DNA from: Parachlamydiales bacterium
Lineage (GTDB): Bacteria > Chlamydiota > Chlamydiia > Chlamydiales > SM23-39
Reading direction: 5' to 3'
Length of the DNA stretch: 24,414 nt
Assembly (NCBI GenBank): GCA_003151315.1
Contig: PLXF01000060.1
Span: 1-24,414 of the forward strand
Of this stretch, positions 10,579 through 18,057 are shown one piece after another. A program made the translations under genes and the position numbers. Numbering within the stretch: position 1 is the stretch's first letter; every line of letters begins with the position of its first letter. The notes beneath the pieces were generated by a model. It saw nothing but the letters and a program-made list of their open reading frames with translations. It was not told where the DNA came from and did no database searches.

Positions 10579-11461
10579 CCAATCAATGCTAACAGAATCT
10601 AAAAATGAGGCCGAATTTTCTCCTCAGGGATTGCGCAAACGATTTTCACATGAGGCGTTTTTAGCTCACGCTCAGACGATATTGCCGGAGGGAGTGCTAG
10701 ATGAGTCAAGAAGGCGCTTTCAAGAAGATCGAAAGCGCCTCAATGAGGAAATTAGGCATTTCTGGCGGTCATTTGGCGACATGACTCTTTTGGCGTTGTT
10801 TTCAATTTGGGTGGAAGAACGTCCTGACACAGAGGTTATCGAGAATCGCGAAGCTATTCTAGCGGGGAATTTTATTAAATTCCAGGATGCCTCGGGTGAG
10901 TTTTTGCAAGTACGAGATCTCAAATCTAAGGAGTTCTTGTTAACTCTAGAAAACATACGCTGTCAAGGTGAACTATCTGCTCAAGAGCAAGAGCGGTGGG
11001 TTGAAATCTTTGTAGATTTTCATAATTGGATGTCTCTCCAATCAATCTCTTATATCCCAGAAATCGTTGATCCAGACAAAGAGAGAACTCGCAATCGAGC
11101 ATTGTCTCATGCGGATTTTGTTCGTCTGATTGGCTGTTTAGATGATCGATGTCGTCTTGTATCGAAATTGCTTTATTTTGGCGGCAACCGAACCATTGAG
11201 CAAATAATCGAGATTGATATTGAAAATATTGATTTTGAAAAACATTTTATTTCATTTGATTCAAGCCTCTATTCTTATCCATTGCATGTGTTCCGAGACA
11301 TTCGACGGCTGATTGGATCTCGTGCATCAGGTCAAGTCTTCGTAGGAAGGCAAAATTCCCCGATCAATCCCTCAACGATTTTCAGAAACGTGAAAGAGGC
11401 TGCGGTCGGAATTGGTCTTGGAGATTTATTTTCTCCTAAAATCCTCACTCAAAATCGGTAG
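10571..11461 (+). CDS. Pgp7/Pgp8-like tyrosine-recombinase-fold protein lacking most catalytic residues (296 aa)
   Basis: ATG 10571 overlaps the integrase stop (ATGCGTGA). LLYFGGNRTIEQI is box I-like, followed by IDFEKHFISF, SYP, IGSRASGQVFV and SPKILT. The protein ends before the GH/Tyr region. Confidence 0.7.
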   Translation: MRDQSMLTESKNEAEFSPQGLRKRFSHEAFLAHAQTILPEGVLDESRRRFQEDRKRLNEEIRHFWRSFGDMTLLALFSIWVEERPDTEVIENREAILAGNFIKFQDASGEFLQVRDLKSKEFLLTLENIRCQGELSAQEQERWVEIFVDFHNWMSLQSISYIPEIVDPDKERTRNRALSHADFVRLIGCLDDRCRLVSKLLYFGGNRTIEQIIEIDIENIDFEKHFISFDSSLYSYPLHVFRDIRRLIGSRASGQVFVGRQNSPINPSTIFRNVKEAAVGIGLGDLFSPKILTQNR

Positions 11462-11564
11462 TTTTGTTATTTGGGCTTAGCCTAAATGCGATCTGCTCTC
11501 GCAAGTTCTCTGACATTTATTTTCTCATGTTCCTCTATGGCCGAACTCCTTTTGCACTGTAATA

Positions 11565-11593
11565 TTGCGAATATCATTCCAATTGTGTAAAAT
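11565..11593 (+). promoter_or_regulatory. Putative promoter of the xis-primase unit, overlapped by two palindromes
   Basis: TTGCGA (11565-11570), 17-nt spacer, TAAAAT (11588-11593). Palindromes ATATT-gcg-AATAT (11562-11574) and TGTAAAA-tt-TTTTACA (11586-11601). Confidence 0.5.
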
Positions 11594-11640
11594 TTTTTAC
11601 AGCATCGGTTGTTAGAAGAGGTTGTGAATGAGGAAAATTT

Positions 11641-11904
11641 ATGCAAAAGGAGAGGGAAAGATTCATGAACAGTGAAATTTGTAGAAAAGATGAGGATGTC
11701 TTTGCAAAGACAATTGGTAATTTGGCAGAGCTAAGGTCTTATTGTCGACAAAATCGATGGCCTCGACTTAGTCAATGGCATCATTGGATCTATTCTAAAC
11801 ATCCCATAGCGGCGGCTTGTGTGAAAAAAATCGGGGGTCGATATCTGATCGATTTGGGGGCTTTGACCTCATATATCCAAAGCGCTTCTTTAGAGGAGAG
11901 GTGA
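11641..11904 (+). CDS. Small excisionase/AlpA-like winged-helix DNA-binding protein (alternative start 11665)
   Basis: WP...W++WIY...VKKIGGRYLID pattern typical of xis-like proteins. Located between the integrase module and the primase. Confidence 0.65.
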   Translation: MQKERERFMNSEICRKDEDVFAKTIGNLAELRSYCRQNRWPRLSQWHHWIYSKHPIAAACVKKIGGRYLIDLGALTSYIQSASLEER

Positions 11905-12026
11905 TCAAAGTTCATAAGCATTATGTGATGAGGCTGCCTAGGCTTTAGGGCAATGGTTGGGCAGCTTTTAGAGTTTATAAAAACAAAAGAGGCTATGCGG
12001 GCAAGCAGAGCGGCTGAAAATCTGAG

Positions 12027-14654
12027 ATGTTTATGGCAAGCTATTCTACCAGCGATGATCCTCGCCTTCAAGCAAAACTAGAAAGATCAAGTAATTATAC
12101 CATCTACGATCTTGAACAAGAGTGTCTTTCTCAAATGGCTAGAGATGGAATCCATTTTCCAAAAACAAGACTTGAAACAGATGGGATTTTGCGCCGGTTT
12201 TCAAGAGATCAATGCCAAGATAAGGAAGATGAATTTTATTGGTGTCGATCAGGAGTATCCCAAAATGGAAATCCCTGGTTGAGTTGCTACTATGGAACTT
12301 GGTCTGGTGGAAAAAAAGATTATAAATATAGCAGCTACAGGGGAGATCCAAAATTCTCGCAAATGGAAAGAGAAACCCTCGCTGAGGAGGAGAATCAATG
12401 GAATAAGATTCAAGAGCGGATTCAAAATGCACAGTTAGATTGGGAAAGAGCGTCTGAAGAACCTATTGACACTGGCCATTTGGACTATCTTTCTAAGAAA
12501 ATGGTGGAACGTCACGGTGTAAAATTTAGTAAAAGTAAATTGAAGGAGAGGGCTTCGGTAACAGGCAAAGAGATTTGGGTAGAGTACCCAACTCTGGTCA
12601 TTCCAATTCGAAATATTGAAGGTAGGCTTCAGGGAGTTCAACATATTTTCCCAAGTGGAGAAAAACGAATTCACGGTCTTAAAAAAGGTAATTTTCATGT
12701 GATTGGATCAGTCGGCCCCACTGGCTCTATCTTGATCGGGGAGGGATATGCGACGGTCGCCAGCGTCTATGAGGCAATCAGAGAGCCATCTGTAGTCACA
12801 TTTGATTGCGGTAACTTTGATCCCGTGATTCAAAATCTGAAGAAAATGCATCCTCAACATCGAATCGTCATTATCGGAGATGATGACGCAGAGACGGAGA
12901 GAAAAAACAAAGAGAACCCAGGCAAATTGAAAGCTATAGCTGCCGCTAAAAAGCATCGTTGTAAAGTGATATTTCCGCAATTTCCGGAAGGATTTTATTT
13001 GGGCGGCGGGAGTCTGCCATCAGATTTTAACGATTTGAGAGTCCATTTTGGAATGGAGGAAGTAAAAAAACAGCTCATGCAAGGGATCTCCCAATCCAAA
13101 AATGCAGAGTCTTCTGAAGAAGATTCTGATGGGGCATTCATCATACGTCGAGGAGGAACTCACTTAGCGGCTTCGCGAGGAAGTCTTCTTTTATCTGATC
13201 CTTCTAATGGGATATTCCAGCGAGCTGGTCAGACAGTTCGAATTATCAAGTGTCCTAAATGGCCTCAGCGCAAAGCAGGTCCTATTCAGCGTCAAAACGA
13301 GTCGTTGATCATTGTGCAGGCCCAAGAAATTGAAATTGTACGAATGTTATCCGAAAAGGCGCTTTGGAAGAAATTTGATGCGCGATCAAATGGGTACATA
13401 CGAACTGATTTTCCTGATAAAGCTGCAAAAATGATTCTTAGCGAAAGGGGTGTTAACCTCCCGGTTCTCACCGGATTTGTTAATTCACCGACGCTAAGAG
13501 TAGATGGATCGATATTAGAAAAGCCAGGATATGATCTTGAGTCGGGTCTTTTTTTCGATCCTTGCGGCGCTGTATTTCCTCCGATTCCAGTTTATCCGAC
13601 AAAAGATCAAGCAGTTGAGAACTTGTTGCTTCTAAGAGATATGGTGAAAGACTTTCCCTTTGAAAATAAAGTAAGCGAATCTGTGGCAATTGCTCAAATC
13701 ATGACGGGGGCGGTGCGTCGCTCGTTACCTCTTTCTCCTGTATTTGGGAATTCAGCTCCTGTTATGGAATCGGGAAAAACGCTCCTAGTTGATATCAATG
13801 CCATGCTCTACACGGGAAAAAATGCGGTTTGTATTTCTCCTGCTAAAACCGAGGAAGAAAACAGAAAGAGGTTATTTAGTGTCTTGCTGGCAGGTGATCT
13901 GATTGTTTGCATAGATAATGTCAGCGAGCCTTTTGAGAGTGATGCAATGTGTACGATTGTGACGAGCCAGTATTGGCAAGAAAGGTTGTTGGGGACAAAT
14001 ACAAAGGTTGAGATTCCAACCAACGCTCTTTTTATTTTTACTGGGAATAATCTGGTCTTTCGAGGAGATATGAGCACTAGAGTTCTTATGTGTCAAATAG
14101 ATCCGAGATGCGAACGTCCAGGCGAACGCGTTTTCAGTCGTGATTTAAGAAAGTACGTCCCAGAGAATCGAGGCGCGCTCGCTTGCGCTGCCCCAACAAT
14201 CATACGGGCCTTTATAGCTGCTGGGAGTCCAGATCAGGGGCTTCCTCCCTATCGATTGTTTAGTGAATGGTCTCATTGGATTAGATCGTCGCTTGCGTGG
14301 TTGGATATGCCCGATCCATATCAAAGCTCGAAAATTGCGGCGGATAGCGATCCAATCAAGAAGCAATTAAAAGTGCTATTTGAAATTAGCTATGCAATTA
14401 TTCCCCTGTCGTTTACTGCAAAAGAACTATGCGTTATTGCGAATGACCCTATTCGTAGAGAGTCCGATAAAAACGTTCAAGCGCTCTATGATGCACTTCT
14501 TGAATTTGCTTCAGATCGCGAAGGGAAAATTAGTTCGATCGTCCTAGGCAACAAAATTCGTCAACATAAGGGACGTCAAATTAATGGATATCGGCTTGAG
14601 GCTGTTGGGGAGGATAGGGGTGGCGCTGTCTTGTGGAAAATTTTGAAAATTTAG
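12027..14654 (+). CDS. Primase-helicase replication protein (TraC/P4-alpha-like Toprim domain plus C-terminal P-loop helicase)
   Basis: Toprim motifs IGEGYATVAS, FDCGN, IIGDDD, NPG and SDFNDL. The C-terminal ATPase has APVMESGKTLL (Walker A-like), VCIDNV (Walker B), FTGNN and TRVL. Confidence 0.85.
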   Translation: MFMASYSTSDDPRLQAKLERSSNYTIYDLEQECLSQMARDGIHFPKTRLETDGILRRFSRDQCQDKEDEFYWCRSGVSQNGNPWLSCYYGTWSGGKKDYKYSSYRGDPKFSQMERETLAEEENQWNKIQERIQNAQLDWERASEEPIDTGHLDYLSKKMVERHGVKFSKSKLKERASVTGKEIWVEYPTLVIPIRNIEGRLQGVQHIFPSGEKRIHGLKKGNFHVIGSVGPTGSILIGEGYATVASVYEAIREPSVVTFDCGNFDPVIQNLKKMHPQHRIVIIGDDDAETERKNKENPGKLKAIAAAKKHRCKVIFPQFPEGFYLGGGSLPSDFNDLRVHFGMEEVKKQLMQGISQSKNAESSEEDSDGAFIIRRGGTHLAASRGSLLLSDPSNGIFQRAGQTVRIIKCPKWPQRKAGPIQRQNESLIIVQAQEIEIVRMLSEKALWKKFDARSNGYIRTDFPDKAAKMILSERGVNLPVLTGFVNSPTLRVDGSILEKPGYDLESGLFFDPCGAVFPPIPVYPTKDQAVENLLLLRDMVKDFPFENKVSESVAIAQIMTGAVRRSLPLSPVFGNSAPVMESGKTLLVDINAMLYTGKNAVCISPAKTEEENRKRLFSVLLAGDLIVCIDNVSEPFESDAMCTIVTSQYWQERLLGTNTKVEIPTNALFIFTGNNLVFRGDMSTRVLMCQIDPRCERPGERVFSRDLRKYVPENRGALACAAPTIIRAFIAAGSPDQGLPPYRLFSEWSHWIRSSLAWLDMPDPYQSSKIAADSDPIKKQLKVLFEISYAIIPLSFTAKELCVIANDPIRRESDKNVQALYDALLEFASDREGKISSIVLGNKIRQHKGRQINGYRLEAVGEDRGGAVLWKILKI

Positions 14655-14668
14655 CCGCTTTCCTCGTG

Positions 14669-14802
14669 TGCATAGGCTGCATACGATGCATAGTCTCTTC
14701 TCGACTCTTCTGCAAAAGTATCAGTTTCTCTCAAATTTTTCTCAAAATGACAAATTCCACGCTTAGATCCATATTGAGTATGCACCCTATGCAGCCTATG
14801 CA
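14669..14802. repeat. Inverted arrays of three TGCATA hexamers with 9-bp period (iteron/ori-like)
   Basis: TGCATA-ggc-TGCATA-cga-TGCATA (14669-14692), 86-bp spacer, TATGCA-ccc-TATGCA-gcc-TATGCA (14779-14802). The outer 15 bp of the two arms are perfect reverse complements. Confidence 0.85.
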
Positions 14803-14899
14803 AATCAGGGTATTTACTCGGGATAATATTGACATTTCAGGAGAAATATTTTCTCAGAGTAAAGTCCTCTATGCCTATTGAGCAGCGGGTGGGAACAAT

Positions 14900-15073
14900 T
14901 TAAATCAGTCCAGGATTTCTTCCGTTATCTGGAAGAAAGATCATAACCATGTTTTTAGGAGTAGGATGTTCTGGTCTAGGAGCTTTTGGATCAAATATGA
15001 TGACGGGGTCTGCCTGCATTGCTGGTCTAATTTTTTCTAAGTTTTCGAGGCGCCTTTTAGTTGAAGCTTTCAT
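14900..15073 (-). CDS. 57-aa hypothetical protein (below the ORF-track cut-off), coupled to DUF5681
   Basis: MKASTKRRLENLEKIRPAMQADPVIIFDPKAPRPEHPTPKNMVMIFLPDNGRNPGLI. Its ATG overlaps the DUF5681 TGA (ATGA), with GGAGG a few nt upstream. Confidence 0.65.
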   Translation of the reverse strand: MKASTKRRLENLEKIRPAMQADPVIIFDPKAPRPEHPTPKNMVMIFLPDNGRNPGLI

Positions 15074-15510
15074 TTCTTTTCGCCCTCCAAAGCTGCAAGC
15101 CGTTTCTCAAATTCCGTTAACTCTAGAGCTTTCGTGTGAACGTCAATGATTCTGGCGAGGGTTTCTCCTTCACAGGGAGAAATCTGACCAGAGCCCACAG
15201 CATTCGTAATACATTCTACAGCTTTCAGGAGGTCGGAGCTGTTTTCCATTTTAGGAAGATCGATTTGGATCGGGTTGTCCTTTCTTGGCGGCAGAAGTCG
15301 GTCTAGAATCATTTTGGCCGCTTGCATATCTCCAGCCTTAGCCTCTTGAATCACTGTTTTGCAGATATCTTCGACTTCGTTCGCAAACAATTGTTCGGCG
15401 ATTAGGGTGGATCGATTTCGAGTGCCCTTTGGCTTACCTCTGGGATTTCCTGATTTCCCTTTTGGAAATTGGCCTTTCGCCTGTATTTTGCCTGTATTTG
15501 CAGGTGTCAT
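15070..15510 (-). CDS. DUF5681-family protein (often in small-terminase-like position in prophages/satellites)
   Basis: GQFPKGKSGNPRGKPKG motif, AKAGDMQAAKMILDRLLP, and C-terminal helix EFEKRLAALE. Confidence 0.8.
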   Translation of the reverse strand: MTPANTGKIQAKGQFPKGKSGNPRGKPKGTRNRSTLIAEQLFANEVEDICKTVIQEAKAGDMQAAKMILDRLLPPRKDNPIQIDLPKMENSSDLLKAVECITNAVGSGQISPCEGETLARIIDVHTKALELTEFEKRLAALEGEKK

Positions 15511-15621
15511 GTTCCCGATACCGATTTTGATTGTGATTTTACAGGAGTGGCTTTTTCATTTCATCTTTTCAATACTTGAAAATTCCACTCATTTCTTCTA
15601 TTACAAGATTTAAGAGGATCT

Positions 15622-15948
15622 ATGGAATATAAGTATGACCACTTTGGGATACCCGTAAAGCAAAAACGTAAAGGGATGATTTATATCCCAGAATATAAAG
15701 TCTGGAGTTCTGACTACGAGAAGGACCCTTATCGCATCGAATGGATCTTTTTCGAAAATGAGAGTCATCTACATCCTCTAATCCAAACGATTTCTCACGT
15801 CTGTTTCCTAGTTGAGGACATAGAGAAAGCGGTGTTCAAGAAAAAGCTTCTTTTGAAGCCCATTCATTATCAAGGATACCAGATGGCGTTTATCGAGGAA
15901 GAGGGGGTGCCGATTGAATTCATGCAACTTTCGAGGTCTGAGAAATAA
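15622..15948 (+). CDS. VOC/glyoxalase-like protein
   Basis: YDHFGIP, HVCFLVEDIE and AFIEEEGVPIEFM fit the VOC beta-alpha-beta-beta-beta metal-ligand pattern. GAGG RBS upstream. Confidence 0.65.
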   Translation: MEYKYDHFGIPVKQKRKGMIYIPEYKVWSSDYEKDPYRIEWIFFENESHLHPLIQTISHVCFLVEDIEKAVFKKKLLLKPIHYQGYQMAFIEEEGVPIEFMQLSRSEK

Positions 15949-15976
15949 CAGATCTTTGGGCTCAATCTTCAGAGAT

Positions 15977-16972
15977 TTATGAGTGCCGTTTGGCAAATTT
16001 TGGAAATAATCGTTCTAGATTTTTATAACGAATCATCTCTTTCTGATCGCTGGAGATAAAATCGCATCCATTAAAAGAATCGAAGACCGCTCTAATTCCT
16101 TCATCCGAGACAAATGGTGAGTCCGTCCCCATCACAATTTGTTCGCAAGACACGTAATCTGTTAAGCATCGCAACGTGGAGGGGCTGGTTGCCATAGCAG
16201 TATCATAAAATAAACGCTTTAAATAATGGTCTACTCCTTTTGGAGTATTTTGGAAGGCGCTTGGAGCTAAAAATTTTTCATACAATTTGAATCTTCCGGC
16301 TAAATAAGGAATCACGCCTCCCGCATGAGGAATGATGAAATGGATATTGGGAAATTGGTCAAATACACCTGCTGTCAATAAGTGAATTACGGACCTCGAC
16401 GTGTCACAGACAAACTCAAACAAAGTGAGTGGAAGATGATGCATGTCTGAACAACAGAATGTGGGAGCCGTCGGGTGGATAAATACCTTGGCTTTTCTCT
16501 CATTTAACGCTTCGTAAAGAGGATTGAAATGGCTGTTGCCGAGGTGCATCTGATCATAATTTGATAATAAAACGATCCCATCCATTTTTAGGACATCAAA
16601 TACGTACCGCAATTCTTCTAAAGCAGCATGAATATCTGGCAATGGAAGAGTCGCAAATGCGCCATATTTCGTGGGATTTGTGCGAGACATTTCTGCTGCA
16701 TACTCATTGCATTGTCTGGCCATATTTTTTGCAAATTTGACATCACCAAAATAAACGCCGGGTGCAGAAATAGAAGTCAGAGCTGAACGAATCGAATGTT
16801 TAGCCATTGTTTTTTCGGAGTCATCCCATGTCCACTCAGGAATCTTAACTCCACCCGTTGGCCATTGAGGAAGCTGCGTAAATCCCTTTGCATTGACACC
16901 AAATTGTTTTTCCAAAGCAATACGATAAAAAGGCGGGATGATATGATGATGAACGTCAATATAGTGATGCAT
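15977..16972 (-). CDS. Amidohydrolase_2 family metal-dependent hydrolase/decarboxylase (ACMSD/6-methylsalicylate decarboxylase-like)
   Basis: IDVHHH (HxH), VFIHPT, HAGG, FYDTA, MGTDSPF. Confidence 0.85.
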   Translation of the reverse strand: MHHYIDVHHHIIPPFYRIALEKQFGVNAKGFTQLPQWPTGGVKIPEWTWDDSEKTMAKHSIRSALTSISAPGVYFGDVKFAKNMARQCNEYAAEMSRTNPTKYGAFATLPLPDIHAALEELRYVFDVLKMDGIVLLSNYDQMHLGNSHFNPLYEALNERKAKVFIHPTAPTFCCSDMHHLPLTLFEFVCDTSRSVIHLLTAGVFDQFPNIHFIIPHAGGVIPYLAGRFKLYEKFLAPSAFQNTPKGVDHYLKRLFYDTAMATSPSTLRCLTDYVSCEQIVMGTDSPFVSDEGIRAVFDSFNGCDFISSDQKEMIRYKNLERLFPKFAKRHS

Positions 16973-16992
16973 ATTCCCGCTTATATGCGACT

Positions 16993-17499
16993 TTATTTTT
17001 TAGAACAACTATTTGATCGTTTAAAAAGAAAGTAGCCGATCCACAAACTAGCACGTATCGATAAGAACATCACAATCATCGAGACTATGAACCATCCCAC
17101 GATATCGAGAATGCTAAACTGTGTTTCCTTCTCAAGAAATACAAGATAAATAGCGGAGCACGGAATCAAGAGAAAAATTGCAGAAATAGTTCCAGGAAGA
17201 ATTTTTACGTGCCCAAAAGAGGAAATGCAGTGCTGTATTCCATTGGCTAAAAGCGACATAGCTACAATCGTCGTAGCAAATCGAAGTATTTGACTGGTCA
17301 TCAAGTAGTTTGAAATGCAAACTCCGCTTACAAAAATAGTCAAGATCATGAGCGCGTATAGAAATACTGTCCGATGGCGGAATTTTGAATTTATTGCCTT
17401 AAGGTAGAATGTCTTGAATTTTTCAAAAGATCGATATTCTTCAATATTATGTACGATAAAGACTACCGGAAGAAAAAGTCCTAATATTTTTGTGTGCAT
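16993..17499 (-). CDS. HXXEE-domain membrane protein
   Basis: FIVHNIEEY motif, a second His (NGIQH), PGTISA, and about 5 TM segments. Confidence 0.8.
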   Translation of the reverse strand: MHTKILGLFLPVVFIVHNIEEYRSFEKFKTFYLKAINSKFRHRTVFLYALMILTIFVSGVCISNYLMTSQILRFATTIVAMSLLANGIQHCISSFGHVKILPGTISAIFLLIPCSAIYLVFLEKETQFSILDIVGWFIVSMIVMFLSIRASLWIGYFLFKRSNSCSKK

Positions 17500-17560
17500 A
17501 TTCGTCAGCTCTTTAACGTAAGAACAGTGATTACTTTACTGTCTCCAGGCATCACAGAAC

Positions 17561-17570
17561 GGGGGGGGGG
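17561..17570. repeat. G10 homopolymer in the intergenic leader upstream of the HXXEE gene
   Basis: Ten consecutive G at 17561-17570. Confidence 0.9.
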
Positions 17571-17625
17571 CTTTCGGTTTTAATGGGTAATTTGAAATCG
17601 AGCAAAATCGGTTTCTCAAATTTCT

Positions 17626-18057
17626 TCATCGAAGACTCTTCCTCAACAAAAACATTTTTGAATTTCCCTCGTAACCCTCTCTAACGAATTCAATGGAATA
17701 CCCGAGTTTTTGATAGAAGTGAAGTCCCTCCCAATCCATTGTATTTAGAGTCACGAAATTAGCGTCGCGTTCTCTTCCCATTTTCTCAGCTTCGTGCATG
17801 AGCTTCGTTCCCCATCCCTGACGACGTAGGCTTTTATCAACCCAAAGGGAATCTATGTAAAGAGAGCTATACATTACGACTCCAGAGACTCCCCCAAAAA
17901 TATTTTGTTTCTGATCCTTCATGAAAACACTCCACGGTTGAATAGGAGGAAACCCCTTCATCTGGAAGGCATACTCACTAATTCCCCTATAAAGGACTCC
18001 CTCATACTCTGCTGGAATCGCATTGTAGCGTTCTAAAATTATGGAGCCGTCAATCAT
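17626..18057 (-). CDS. GNAT family N-acetyltransferase (GhoS-like small type)
   Basis: LYIDSLWVDKSLRRQGWGTKLM acetyl-CoA motif A, and LHFYQKLGY motif B. Confidence 0.9.
   Translation of the reverse strand: MIDGSIILERYNAIPAEYEGVLYRGISEYAFQMKGFPPIQPWSVFMKDQKQNIFGGVSGVVMYSSLYIDSLWVDKSLRRQGWGTKLMHEAEKMGRERDANFVTLNTMDWEGLHFYQKLGYSIEFVREGYEGNSKMFLLRKSLR

Larger units (their letters stand above)
9401..15510. mobile_element. Core of a tRNA-Leu-integrated element (phage-satellite/PICI-like); cargo probably continues to or beyond the window end
   Basis: An integrase lies directly 3' of the tRNA, followed by xis-like, primase-helicase, ori-like repeat and DUF5681 genes. Housekeeping genes stop abruptly at this point. 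The right boundary (attR) was not seen. Confidence 0.75.

Noticed and set aside
11462-11590. Possible readthrough or frameshift restoring the catalytic C-terminus of the Pgp8-like protein
   Set aside because: In-frame continuation (FCYLGLA*) hits another stop, and no forward frame contains a GH...Y box II pattern.
13760-13790. Walker A-like motif reads APVMESGKT rather than GxxxxGKT
   Set aside because: GKT, Walker B and downstream motifs are intact, and this helicase family often has A/P-led variants. There is no support for inactivation without an alignment.
14829-14857. Perfect TTGACA at 14829-14834 as a + strand promoter
   Set aside because: No acceptable -10 at 16-18 nt spacing.
15061-15090. 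Programmed -1 frameshift fusing DUF5681 to the 57-aa ORF
   Set aside because: No canonical X-XXY-YYZ slippery heptamer at the junction; the ATGA overlap plus RBS explains the coupling.
17500-17625. Riboswitch in the HXXEE leader (TGATGCCT on the minus strand recalls the fluoride riboswitch 3' end)
   Set aside because: The 5' GGxGATGG helix and pseudoknot partner are absent, and only short weak hairpins are seen.
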